From the IMG/VR virus record IMGVR_UViG_3300043395_003072, positions 64,001 through 128,000 of that record: a stretch of DNA of 64,000 bases. One strand, 5' to 3'. Source of the stretch: a virus. Of this stretch, positions 20,367-31,500 are shown one piece after another; positions within the stretch are counted from its first letter, which is position 1; each line of letters opens with the position of its first letter. Under the pieces are notes generated by a model, which saw only the letters and a list, made by a program, of their open reading frames with translations, was not told the DNA's origin and did not search any database. The position numbers were made by a program, and so were the translations under genes.

Positions 20367-21604
20367 ACAAGCTGCTCCTCTACGGTAATCTCAAGTATTC
20401 CAAAAGATATTCTTTCTTCTCGCCTTACCGTATAGCTTGTACTTAATAGCTCTTGTTTCTCTTCAGGAAGGAATCCTTCTCTATCTGTTTTTCTTATATA
20501 AATATTTTCAAATAAATTACTGTTTGAGTTTCCAAAACCAACTATGTTTGAATCTTTAAATTCTCTTTTTATTATTGAAGATATTTCGATAAAAGAAATA
20601 GTTTTAGTAAATTCTTTTTCTTTAATTGTTTTTATAATAAAACGTCTTGCATTTTCTTTTGCTCTTATTTTCTCAATTTCACTAATTCCAGCTTTTACAA
20701 AAACTCTAATATTAAAATCAAAGTAAACTTTTATCCCATTGCTTACGATTATTCTTTGTCCTGGTATTTTTAATTCATTTAATCTTTTTTCTAAAAGATT
20801 ATTTATGTTTCTGCCGGACTCTCTACCGCTTCCAAATAGAACTACCCCTGTAGTTCCTATTCCATAATAAGAAGGTATTACCTCCAGATCCAAAACTCCA
20901 GGAAGCTCTAATGCTTTTAAAGTAATCGCGTCAATGTTTAAATTAACTTTAGCTTGTAAGTAATTTGAGATTCTAAATCTTAGAGAGTCATCGGATTCTA
21001 TATCTGACCCCGATACAATTGGAAATGTGTTACTTATCTTTAAATAACCATTAATCGACTCCGTATAGTTCGTATAGTTGTGATAAATTAAACTATCACT
21101 ATCTACATTATACGAACTTCCAACATTAAACGCTTCTACGTTGCAATAAGAAATTCTATCGTTAGCATTCAATATAGTATCGGTTACTAACCTATATACA
21201 ATGCTATTTGTACTATTAACTATCTCGGTAGAGATTAATGTTCCTGCAGGAATAGAAATGCTATTCCCTGAATTTATTGTTCCGAAAGAGCCAGTAGTTG
21301 TATAAAAATATACATTTCTTTCTCTACTGTCAGAAAAAGCAAACGTAGCAGGCTTCCTACTTATCCCATACATATTGAATGCTAAACTATCTAAATCTAA
21401 ACCCGAAGCATTCGATACTTGAATACTATTATAGACTTGAGAAATCTCTCTTCTCATCGATACTAGTTCACTACCTACTACATCTCCTATTAAATTAGAA
21501 GTTGAGTCTTGAGAAGTGTTTGACTCTCCGAGTCTACTTTTTATTCTATTAGATAGATTTCTTTTTAGGACAGATTCATTTTCATTAGATATTATCCTAG
21601 CCAT
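20363..21604 (-). CDS. baseplate J-like wedge protein (T4 gp6 / P2 gpJ family)
   Basis: ASGLDLDSLA...GISRKPAT, ISIPAGTLIST, GSSYNV, SGSDIESDDSLRFRI and ALELPGV..V are the classic baseplate-J motifs. Confidence 0.9.
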   Translation of the reverse strand: MARIISNENESVLKRNLSNRIKSRLGESNTSQDSTSNLIGDVVGSELVSMRREISQVYNSIQVSNASGLDLDSLAFNMYGISRKPATFAFSDSRERNVYFYTTTGSFGTINSGNSISIPAGTLISTEIVNSTNSIVYRLVTDTILNANDRISYCNVEAFNVGSSYNVDSDSLIYHNYTNYTESINGYLKISNTFPIVSGSDIESDDSLRFRISNYLQAKVNLNIDAITLKALELPGVLDLEVIPSYYGIGTTGVVLFGSGRESGRNINNLLEKRLNELKIPGQRIIVSNGIKVYFDFNIRVFVKAGISEIEKIRAKENARRFIIKTIKEKEFTKTISFIEISSIIKREFKDSNIVGFGNSNSNLFENIYIRKTDREGFLPEEKQELLSTSYTVRREERISFGILEITVEEQLV

Positions 21605-22035
21605 CCTAAACTCTCTTTCGGATTTAAAAATCTTTGAGCGATTTTATTAACTCTTGTATCATAGTTAAAGTTAAGAATTAAATCATTGCCATACTTATCT
21701 TTCCTATATACTCTTAAAAAGAAATCTAAAGTTAGTCCATTCCCTGGTAACTCTAAAATTTCTACTTCATTTATGCTAAGTAAACCGTCTGATATTAAGA
21801 CTCTGAATATCTCAGACTTTATATACTCAATCATATCTCTAGTTAATCTTTCCCCTCTAAATGAATCTAAAGAAGCAAATAGAACTGAATTGGAGTCCCA
21901 GTCGCTTGATGAGCACTGTAGTCTTCTTAGAATAGTATCTATGAGTATCTGGTTGTAATCGTCATTTATTATTTCTAAAGAATTGTTCTTCGTTAGAAAA
22001 AAATCTAAATCTTCAGTTAGCTTAATATCCTTCAT
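21592..22035 (-). CDS. gp25/gpW-like baseplate sheath-initiator protein
   Basis: 147 aa, MKDIKLTEDLDF...ILRRL...IKSEIFRVL pattern, immediately upstream of the J-like gene. Confidence 0.65.
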   Translation of the reverse strand: MKDIKLTEDLDFFLTKNNSLEIINDDYNQILIDTILRRLQCSSSDWDSNSVLFASLDSFRGERLTRDMIEYIKSEIFRVLISDGLLSINEVEILELPGNGLTLDFFLRVYRKDKYGNDLILNFNYDTRVNKIAQRFLNPKESLGWLG

Positions 22036-22376
22036 GATAAAGCTCCAGCTACCAAAGCGTAAGTTGTACTTATATTTATTAAGTTTGGTATTTCATAAAC
22101 GATTGGCATATCAAAAGTTTTTCTAGGAGTCATATTAGTTAAGCCTGGTAAATAATCTGCAGGTAAAGATGACTGTCTATGTAGGGGGCCAGTTACTGTT
22201 AAGGTGTTCAAGTATAAAGCATTGCCAGGACCAGGCTGAATATTAATTCCTTTAGGAGTTACTTCAATCGCAGCCATCTTTGATTGCCCACTAAATAAAG
22301 CTACAGTTTGAAAATCTAAGAAAATGCCACCGAGGCACATCTCATTAAATTGAGCTTTTAAGATTTTGCTTTTCAT
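22032..22376 (-). CDS. small baseplate (spike/tip-associated) protein
   Basis: 114-aa ORF with short beta repeats, ATGA-coupled, between the hub and gp25-like genes. Confidence 0.45.
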   Translation of the reverse strand: MKSKILKAQFNEMCLGGIFLDFQTVALFSGQSKMAAIEVTPKGINIQPGPGNALYLNTLTVTGPLHRQSSLPADYLPGLTNMTPRKTFDMPIVYEIPNLINISTTYALVAGALS

Positions 22377-22879
22377 TTTTCAAACCTAAACCAAGTTTCA
22401 CCTGGTCCTTGTGATTTATTGTTCATAAAGTTTCTGATCGTACTCGTTGGATTTACATTGATTCCTCCAAAACCACTAGTTGAAATATACGTATTACAAA
22501 GTTCGTCCTGGTAATAGTTATTTACACCAATCCCTATCTCCAGTCTTGCATACATTATATCTTTTTTACTTGAGCTTTTAGAGTGGATTATACAATTCCT
22601 ACCAATGATATTCTCATCCACTCCATACACCATCCTAAGCATATCATAACTTTCTCTCCAATAAACTGCATTTACTTCTGCTAGTTCTTTAATCCCTACA
22701 ATAAAAAATATTCCGCTATAAAAAGACTCACTATAATATTTTGATTTAGGATTATGAGCTCCGCAAATATCTAAAACAACCCCACTATAAGACTCTTCTG
22801 TTTTCTGTTTTGATTGAATTAAAAAATCACTAGACTGTTGTTCTTTAGAAATAACAGATTTTCTTCCGAATCTTGCCAT
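22373..22879 (-). CDS. baseplate protein, possibly spike OB-fold domain
   Basis: 168-aa ORF directly after the hub (TAATG coupling). YSGVVLDI fits a gp5/gpV OB-like start. Confidence 0.4.
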   Translation of the reverse strand: MARFGRKSVISKEQQSSDFLIQSKQKTEESYSGVVLDICGAHNPKSKYYSESFYSGIFFIVGIKELAEVNAVYWRESYDMLRMVYGVDENIIGRNCIIHSKSSSKKDIMYARLEIGIGVNNYYQDELCNTYISTSGFGGINVNPTSTIRNFMNNKSQGPGETWFRFEK

Positions 22880-25800
22880 TATCTACCTACTCTTTCTGGA
22901 TTTAATTTATAATTTATTACACTCAAGTCAACTTCACTAGCTTGAACCGAATCTTCAATAATCCAATCTGGTATGTCTGCGAATACCGAAGACTTCCCAT
23001 AAGACTCGATTAAATGTTTATTTTCGTTATATCCTTTATATCCATCTGATAGAGCACTATATATATTACCAAGTACATTATTAAATCTTTCTGCTTCCGA
23101 GTGATTCTCAAACCCTCCAGCAAGCAAAGGCCTTCCATCTTTTACAAGCGGAAAAACCTTAATAATATTATTATTATCTACTTTTGAAAAAATTGTAGGT
23201 CTAAATATATTTTTACCAAGCCACCCAGATTGAAGGCTTTCTGAAAGAAAGTTTCTTATACTACTTGGCATTAAAGCCCCTGCAGATAACAATCCAGTTA
23301 AAGTTGCTCCAACTAAGAATGGGATTCTTCCAGTTAACCTTGTTGCTCCCATATAATTTATTCCGTTTGTTTTAAAGATTTGATAAATTGCAGCTTCTAA
23401 TCCTGTTATTCCAGCTGTAGTTGCTGCACCAACTCCTAAAGTTTTTCTAATTGGAGACTCTAATTCAACTGGTAACCTTGCATTCTCTCCAATCATGTCC
23501 TGCTGAAAGAATGGCTGATATCCATTTTTATTTTCAAAATACTGTATAAATTCTTTTGTTAACTGAGCTTTTACTTTATTAAGCACTTCTTTGTCTAAAA
23601 CATTTCCTCTTTGAAAGAAATCTATTCCTTGTAAATCTTCTCCTTCAAGCAAACTATCAAAGAAGTCATCAATCTTTTCACTAACAATCTCTGCAATTTT
23701 TTCATTACCTTCATTAACATAGTTAAAAGCTGCTCTACTATAAAAGCTTTCATAAAGCTCTTTTCTACTTTCAAAGAAAACTGTTTGATGTAACATTGGG
23801 TAGGTTAGAGTATCTGATACTGGAGCCACTATTGCTTCGACTTCTATATCAGTTACAAAACCAGTTTGATGACTAAACATATGTGTTACTGCTTTTACTC
23901 CTACCGGCCCGTACATAACGTTAACATTATCATTTAATATAATCGCATCGTTTGTATTTATTTTTGAATTACCAAGTACAAGCAAAGATCCTTCATACAT
24001 TTTCTTTGCACCATACAATAATCCTGCAGTAGCATATCTAGAAGCATTAGAAATACCTTTAATATTATCTGTCTTCAAAACATGATCTCTTAAACTCTCT
24101 GGAGGAATGTTACTATTTGCTACCGCTTTCCAAACTGAAGTACCGTCTACTTCTGAAACATCGTTACTGTTAGACATTAATGAATAGTGCACCGTGATTG
24201 AATTGTTTACATTGTGTCCGCTTACGATAATATTGTTTGCTATTAGATTTGTTCCTGAATTTACTAGATGGTACTGCCTAAATGGTACAAATCTATCTTT
24301 CGTTTTTTTCAACCAATCTTTCAAAGCAAAATCAGTAAAGTATTTTCTTTTATCTATAAACTTTGATAAGATATTATTTTTCTTATTTAAGATTGTCCAG
24401 TTAAAACTCTCTATTGGAAATAACAAGTTTATATCTTCTTCTGAAAGCAATTCATTTTGATTTAATTTTGATATTTTTTTATAAATATTATTTAAGCGAT
24501 AAATATTATAATTACTCATATCATTTCTGAAATACCTTTGACCTGGTAATCCAAAGAACACTCTATACTCCATAGTTTTCCCATATGGCCTAACGCCATA
24601 AACATATCCTGGGTGCCTTAGACTCATTTCGTGTAGCACTTCCCAAAAGGTTTGGGATGTTACAACATATTCATTTTCGAATCTACTTGTGTCTAAACGC
24701 TCATCAATGAACCCTCTACTTTTTCTAATAGCATCATTTATCAACGAGCTAGATGAGTCTCCTTGCAAATCAATAAACATTCCTGGAATTCCCATAAAGG
24801 AATTCGAAACTAAATTACTTTGTGAATAATAGTATTTTTTAAATGCTGTTATTAATCCAGAGTTATTTTCGTTATTTCTTTTAAGGTAACTTTCTGGCCT
24901 TGGACACCAGAGGTTATCATCTTGTGGTGATATCAATATTTTTCTAGTATAAGGTCTTTGGCTCTCATTAAAGAATGAGAGTAAACTATTGTATAGATTT
25001 ACTAAAGTATCAGTAGCTAATAAAGGTATTCCTATAGCAGTAGATATGAGTACATTTTTACCTGCGAATCTTGCCGCTGGCCAAAACCAACTATTAATAA
25101 AATTAGAAAACCTTTGAAGTCTAGTTAAACTCGTAGCGCTTGCAGTTACTACATCCGCTCCTAAAGCTGCAAAAGCTCTAGAACCCCCCCAGCCAAAAGT
25201 TGCAGTCAAGAAACCAAGTTCTTCTCTAATGACTGTTTGTACTACTGAATTTATTTGAGGTTCAGTTAAGGCACTAACACGTCTTCCACTCCTTGCTATT
25301 ACATCTGCAACTTTTTTAGTTAGATTTGCGCTAAGACTAATTCCATTTATAGTAAGCGTACTTCCTACACTTCCTGTTACTGTAGTAAGCCCACTTTTAG
25401 CTAAATCATCAGCTAATTTAACTAAATCATCTATCTCACTTTGAACTAATCTAGTACCTCCCCAATTATTCATTCTTTGCCATAAAGGTTTTATGGTCAT
25501 ATTAAAAGCTTTACTTGTAACACTACCAACATTGCCTACTATTGGACCAAAGATTTTTGTAGCTCCACCAAGGCTAGTCAATTTACTGCTAACAGCATTT
25601 ATTCCACTTCCTACTTTTCCAATTATTGCTGTTTTGCCTAAAGCATCCTTTAATATTTTTAAAGGTCTAGCTCCAATCGAAAGTATTACTCCACCAATTA
25701 AAATCAATCCTGAGTTATCTACAATCCAGTCATTCCAACTATTAAACCAGTTAAAAGACCATCCCCCTGACCTTGTATAAGTTTCCATATCTATGGATGG

Positions 25801-28593
25801 TATTTTAGATTCAAAGGTTTGAAATAGTTTTCCAGTCTTTACTCTACCAAAATGTTTGAGTTGAGGACTTAAGAGTAATGTTCCTAGAAGTTGATGCGTA
25901 GAATAAAACTTATTATTAATTTCGGCTTTGCTTGAAGTTCCATACTTTAACGATTCAAGCTCAATTCCATAACTTTGAACTACAATATTGCACAGCATAT
26001 TATCACCGGAATAAGATATTTCTGTAACAACTCCAGAAATTAAAACATCTAAATCGTTAGTATTACTGGCATATCCTGCTCTTAGTTGAACATTTACTCC
26101 CTTCCTTAAAACTACGCTTTCAATAGTAGGTAACACTTCTTCTGCATTTTGATTTACATTTCCAATATCAATGTCTCTAAGCATCCCCTTCCTTGTACCA
26201 TCTAATAGTCCAGATATATTTTGTAATTGTATACTTGCTGTACTTGTCGCTAACTCTCTATCACTATGCACATTGAATGAGATAACTGAGTTGTAATAAA
26301 AAAAGTCATCAAATGCTAAAAGTCTATCACTGTAAATTGCATCTTCTTCTACTAAATAGAGTCTAAAAGTAGGAAATGCTTTTTTCATTCCTTCTGATTC
26401 TTTTAAAGACAGGAAAGAATCTTCGCACAAATCAAAGAATTTTTCATCATTTACAGCTGATGATTCTTCTTCAAAGTAAGATAACGCCTCTTGATTTTCA
26501 TAAGCAAACTTACTTCCAAAGTTGCTTCTTAATTTTATTAAAGCTTCTTTTTGATTTTTAATTTGAGTTTCATAGTGAGCCTTTAGCTCACTTATATAAT
26601 TCTCAACTTCATTTTCTGGTACTGAATTTAAAGTCTTATTATCTACCAATAATGATAGTTTTGCATTGTTTCCATCTGTTGAATTAGGATCGTTATTGTC
26701 AATTTTTATTTCTGCATCTCTATTATCATATGATAAGTTTCCAAAATTAAACAAAATACCAGAATCAAAAATAGATACTGCTTTTTCTTCTGATTTAGAA
26801 ATCACTCCTTTATCTTTTATATTTTTTATAAAATCTAAAGATTTCGTTAAGATTTTATTTCCTCTAGATCTTTCATTTTCATTCATCTCGGAAAGATAGT
26901 TGTTTATTTTAAAGTAGTAAAAATCTATTGGAAGTCTATTTGCACTGTCTTTGAAGCGTGCAATTACTGGATCTTTAGGAGTTATAATATCAGGGTAAGC
27001 ACTGTCTTCTAATAAACTAAAGACATCTTGTTCTCCAAGCATCCTTGCTAATGCTGGATCTGTTTCTGCAATAGTATCAAAATTATTAACGGCTACTTCT
27101 TCTAAAAGACTGTCTAGTAGCGTCTTTAAATAAGCAATTGTTTTTCTATTTTGCTCTTTTAGTCTTTCTTTATTTTTACTAAAATATCCTTGTTGTAGAG
27201 CTGTAGATGCTTCATATCTATTGTTTTCTAGTTGATAGTCAAAAAGGTATCTTCCTGTACCGACTTTTTCTCCTGACTGATAATAACCTTCTTCGCCAAG
27301 TGAAGCATATATATCATTAGAAGTTACCGTTCCATTTACATTTATACTAAATACATCTACAGCATCTTCTTCATCTGCACCAAATTCGCTTAAACTTGGA
27401 AAATTTAAAATAAAGTTCAAGAAGCTAGAAATCTCAGCTCCAATAACTTCATTAGAAAATATATTTAAAGTTTTTTTATCTGCTTCTCTTTCTGATTGGG
27501 TATTTTTACTTCTTAGTAGTTCACTTACTCTTGCTCCCACCTTTATATCTGAAGCTAAACTTTCTAAAAGTTTAAAAGAACTACTTTGCATATAAACTTC
27601 TTCTACAAAATATTCTATCGCTTTATCTATTTCATCTGAAGTTCCTACTGATTCAAAGTAATTTTCATAATTAAAATCTTTATTAGTATTATATCTTAAT
27701 ATATCTTTGAAATAATTAGCATCCATCCCTTCTAAAGACAAGCCTACCCCGCCTCGCATTATTCTTTCCAAATTTCTATTACTACTTCTATCTTCAGTTA
27801 AATCAAACAAAAATCCATCAAAATTTGTTCCAGCAACTCCAAACGCTAAAATACCTAAAGCTATCCAGCCAATCGGATTTGTTGCTGCAAAAGTTATGGC
27901 TGCTACAGCTCCAGCTGTTAAAATATAACTTCCTAAAGCAACTTCTGTCGCAGTCGTAATGTATCTAAATATTAATGATTCATCTTTATATATTAAAGCG
28001 GTCAAATAGTTATAAAACGATGGCACTATTTTAAATTCATTACCAAAAGTTTTTTTAATAAAATCTAGTTCTGCATTTACTTCATTTTGATTTTCACAAT
28101 AAACCTTTGGTTCAATAATTAATATTGATGCTAAAAAAGCAAAATCTTCAATAGCTTTAATACTAATGTTGGTAGCTGCTTTTACAAAATTTTGTTCAAT
28201 CACTTCTATCTTTGGTACTAAGATACTATAAGAACTTTCTCCACCTAATGCATTACTCCCAATAGTTGAAACTTTATACTGCCTTCCAAGCTCTAGTCTT
28301 ATTGCTTCTATTTTTTCTGCGCTGTCGTAAGTAAAAGCATTCATGCTAGTTTGCATCATTACAAATTCAAACTCATCATTAACTTCAGTATATTGCTTAG
28401 ATACGTTACGTTGCTGCTCTTCAGTTAAATCTTTAAATTTAACAGTTTTAAATGATAAGTTATTATCTTTTATTTTTCTTACATTTTCTTCACTAAAAAA
28501 ATTATTAGGAGAAAAATTAACTTTTGAACTATTGCTTATTTCTCCGTCTCTAGTCTCGTTTGCATCATTTTCATCTAGTTCAAAATCTGCCAT
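22879..28593 (-). CDS. large baseplate hub protein (T4 gp27-like core) with hydrophobic insertions
   Basis: STASIQLQN, GVNVQLRAGY, LISGVVTEI, IVVQSYG, TFWEVL and YEGSLLVLGN...VTHMFS..GFVTDI are hub-type motifs. True start is probably MADFEL at 28593 (AGAGGAG SD, TAATG coupling); track start 28629. Confidence 0.7.
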   Translation of the reverse strand: MADFELDENDANETRDGEISNSSKVNFSPNNFFSEENVRKIKDNNLSFKTVKFKDLTEEQQRNVSKQYTEVNDEFEFVMMQTSMNAFTYDSAEKIEAIRLELGRQYKVSTIGSNALGGESSYSILVPKIEVIEQNFVKAATNISIKAIEDFAFLASILIIEPKVYCENQNEVNAELDFIKKTFGNEFKIVPSFYNYLTALIYKDESLIFRYITTATEVALGSYILTAGAVAAITFAATNPIGWIALGILAFGVAGTNFDGFLFDLTEDRSSNRNLERIMRGGVGLSLEGMDANYFKDILRYNTNKDFNYENYFESVGTSDEIDKAIEYFVEEVYMQSSSFKLLESLASDIKVGARVSELLRSKNTQSEREADKKTLNIFSNEVIGAEISSFLNFILNFPSLSEFGADEEDAVDVFSINVNGTVTSNDIYASLGEEGYYQSGEKVGTGRYLFDYQLENNRYEASTALQQGYFSKNKERLKEQNRKTIAYLKTLLDSLLEEVAVNNFDTIAETDPALARMLGEQDVFSLLEDSAYPDIITPKDPVIARFKDSANRLPIDFYYFKINNYLSEMNENERSRGNKILTKSLDFIKNIKDKGVISKSEEKAVSIFDSGILFNFGNLSYDNRDAEIKIDNNDPNSTDGNNAKLSLLVDNKTLNSVPENEVENYISELKAHYETQIKNQKEALIKLRSNFGSKFAYENQEALSYFEEESSAVNDEKFFDLCEDSFLSLKESEGMKKAFPTFRLYLVEEDAIYSDRLLAFDDFFYYNSVISFNVHSDRELATSTASIQLQNISGLLDGTRKGMLRDIDIGNVNQNAEEVLPTIESVVLRKGVNVQLRAGYASNTNDLDVLISGVVTEISYSGDNMLCNIVVQSYGIELESLKYGTSSKAEINNKFYSTHQLLGTLLLSPQLKHFGRVKTGKLFQTFESKIPSIDMETYTRSGGWSFNWFNSWNDWIVDNSGLILIGGVILSIGARPLKILKDALGKTAIIGKVGSGINAVSSKLTSLGGATKIFGPIVGNVGSVTSKAFNMTIKPLWQRMNNWGGTRLVQSEIDDLVKLADDLAKSGLTTVTGSVGSTLTINGISLSANLTKKVADVIARSGRRVSALTEPQINSVVQTVIREELGFLTATFGWGGSRAFAALGADVVTASATSLTRLQRFSNFINSWFWPAARFAGKNVLISTAIGIPLLATDTLVNLYNSLLSFFNESQRPYTRKILISPQDDNLWCPRPESYLKRNNENNSGLITAFKKYYYSQSNLVSNSFMGIPGMFIDLQGDSSSSLINDAIRKSRGFIDERLDTSRFENEYVVTSQTFWEVLHEMSLRHPGYVYGVRPYGKTMEYRVFFGLPGQRYFRNDMSNYNIYRLNNIYKKISKLNQNELLSEEDINLLFPIESFNWTILNKKNNILSKFIDKRKYFTDFALKDWLKKTKDRFVPFRQYHLVNSGTNLIANNIIVSGHNVNNSITVHYSLMSNSNDVSEVDGTSVWKAVANSNIPPESLRDHVLKTDNIKGISNASRYATAGLLYGAKKMYEGSLLVLGNSKINTNDAIILNDNVNVMYGPVGVKAVTHMFSHQTGFVTDIEVEAIVAPVSDTLTYPMLHQTVFFESRKELYESFYSRAAFNYVNEGNEKIAEIVSEKIDDFFDSLLEGEDLQGIDFFQRGNVLDKEVLNKVKAQLTKEFIQYFENKNGYQPFFQQDMIGENARLPVELESPIRKTLGVGAATTAGITGLEAAIYQIFKTNGINYMGATRLTGRIPFLVGATLTGLLSAGALMPSSIRNFLSESLQSGWLGKNIFRPTIFSKVDNNNIIKVFPLVKDGRPLLAGGFENHSEAERFNNVLGNIYSALSDGYKGYNENKHLIESYGKSSVFADIPDWIIEDSVQASEVDLSVINYKLNPERVGR

Positions 28594-31500
28594 TATGATC
28601 TCCTCTTGAAATAACCTTGTTGACTCCAAACAAAATCTTTAACTTCATCAAAGTATTTATGCTTTTCCATAGCTTCTTTCAATGTATACATTTTTAACAT
28701 TTCATTCAATGCTGTAGTTTCGTTTACCACAAGACCATCATGTATCTCATAGTGCCACCATTCAGTTCCCTTAAAATTACCTTTAGTTAAATAATCATCA
28801 ATTGGTGGAATTCGTACAAAACCTTGATCTTCTAGAATCTTTGTAAGATTAAAAGCTTCTCCTGTCCACTGATATGTACTTTGGTTTTGAAGAGTCTTTA
28901 CTAGACTTACAGTAAAAGTTTGATTTGTTATTAATCCTGTTTCATTTAGTGCCGCATTATATACTGCTTGATCAAAATCAGGTCTAGTTTTAACTATTGG
29001 ACACCATACCGTATAAAGAGATTTTTCATTATTTGGATTGTCTCTTATTACTAAATACACTGTGTCTTCATTTTCATTTATGTTTCCATAAAGACCGCTA
29101 TAAGCTCCAAGATCAATAGCTCTTCCAATATTGTGCATCCCTAATCTGGGCTTATCTATTGTTGATAAGTCTCTTCTTCCTCCACCAGAAGTTAATACTC
29201 CACCAAGCGCTATTATCTTATTATAAGCATTCATATATTTATCTTCAAATTCACTGCTAATACTATTCCGATTATAAGAAACTCCACCATTTTTAATCCC
29301 GAATGCTGGTACTTGCGACCAAGTGAATATTTTTTCTGGTCTAGTACTAGGTATATTTGTTTTTGAATTGTTTATAGCCTCTAAAACTTTTGCTCTTATT
29401 TCATTTTTAATTTGTTCTATTCTTGTTTTCCAGAAATGCCCAACGCTATCTTCTATAAACCTATCGTCTCCACTTTTTCCAACCCATCTTCTTCTTCCAT
29501 ATTTAAACTCTTCAAAAGAGTAAGTCCCTAAAATGCTTTTAGTACCAGCGCTATGATCTTTATTTAGCTTCGCGTTAAGATCTATATGAACAAATCCGTT
29601 ACTACCGGAACCATCCATTACCCTGTTTTCGTTATAGCTATTCTCTCCATATATTCCTAAACCAAATAAACCTAATCCACTATTAAGCAACATTTTAGGA
29701 TTTTTAAGATAGTTTTCTTCCATTAAAATTTCTATAATTCCACAAAGCTCCATAGCGTTTAAGCCATTTACTCTAATGTCTGCCGCTGAGCCATGATAAT
29801 GATTTGAAACAGTATCTCTAATTCCTGTATCTGAACTATCAAAAGTAGAACCTAAAGTTATCTTTAATGGTTTATTAATAAAATTATAATATGGACTATA
29901 ATTATTTAATAAATCTTGAAGAACATCTAAGCAAAGGCAAAGTTGGTATGCGTTGAAGTCTTGATTTAAATCGCTTTCTTCTTCAGTATTAATATAATTT
30001 ACAAGATTAGTTTTAATTTTTGTATTTTTAGAATACCAAAGCTGGCTATTGTAGTATTTTGTTTTCCAATTCAAGAACACATAGCCCTTACTGCCATTAT
30101 TTAAAGCTTCTACGGCTACAGGTTTGCCTTGATTGTCTTTTACGGTTGCTTCGGGATTATTAATCTTAATAATGTTATTTGATTTTAAATTCGAAAGTAT
30201 CTTTCTTTGAAAATCAGACCCAATCTTATTTGAAGCTACTGGTCTTAAATTTTCTTCTCTATAAGATTTACTTTCTCCAAACCTAAAATTTAAACCTGTA
30301 GTATTCGGAGAGCCTTCAATAGTGAAGGTATCTAATGAAGAAATACTAAAGTTTGGTTGAAAAATTCCTATAGTCTCCCCTTCTGCTTCAACAAGAAGTT
30401 TATTTGATTCTTTATAAGAACCAAGAAGTCTTGTAATGAAGCACTCTACCATAAAATTCCCAGCATCAGGTATCGCTGAAAAATTCTTTGCATAGTATTG
30501 AGAGTTAGCTCTTCCTTGTTCAAGAAAGCTTATAATATTTAAATCTACTGCAATATTATCTTTTGCTATGATATTGATCTGAAATTCAGGCTCAATAGAT
30601 CCTAAAAACTGATGTGTTGGGTATTCTTGTCCAAGGATTGGGATAGAACTAATTATATTTCTTAAACTACCTGATACTGCTGTTATTGCATGCCTAGTCG
30701 TTTTTAGATCTTCTTCTGCAATTCCGTATTGCAACATCTCCTCATTTAATATCTCCCTACCAATAATTGCTTCTAAATCTTCTTTACTAAAATCTAAATT
30801 CACTTCACTTATAACTTTTTCTAAAACATTTTCTAGACCTTCAACCCCACTGTATATACTAAAGTTATCATCTATATATTTTTTTAATTCTTTAAAATCA
30901 TTTGCATAAGTTGTTTTTGTTTTCTCTATTCTTGAACTCGAAGTATTAACACCTCGTATATAATAATCTACAATTTCTTTTGATGTAGTGATTGAGCTTT
31001 CTTCTTGATCAATGAAGCCAATTAAAGTTCCTTTTTTTATATTTGCTCTTGCCCATCCATTTTTAACACGCTCAAAAGCACGCAAGTTAAATACTCTATC
31101 CAAGATATTCATTGGGCAGTACATACCTTCAACTTTAAACTCAACATCATTCTTAAACTTTGCTACAAAAAGATTTTCGTCCCAAACTAAAATCTTACCA
31201 TCTTCAGGACAAAATAAAGGAAATATTGCATATCTATCTGAACCTAATTTTCTTTTATTACCAACTATCAAGTTGGTATCACTTGCACGCTTATAGTAAG
31301 GAGTATCTGTTATTGGGTAATAGGTATATTTATTTGCTTCTGTTTCTGGAATAATTGGTATTTCAAAATTTCGCTCATTAGGTTTTAAACTTTCAAAAAC
31401 AACTTCTTTTGAACTGAACATCTCTGGTTTAATTTCTCCAGAAATGCCTTTTAACAAAATCTCAAAATTCTCTTTTCTTTTTGCTTGTTTCTTTTCTAAA

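Noticed and set aside
28593-28629. Longest-ORF starts in the track (28629; also 21, 5028, 7855, 57004)
   Set aside because: Downstream ATGs have SD sequences or stop-start coupling, while the longer versions overlap neighbouring genes or a terminator.
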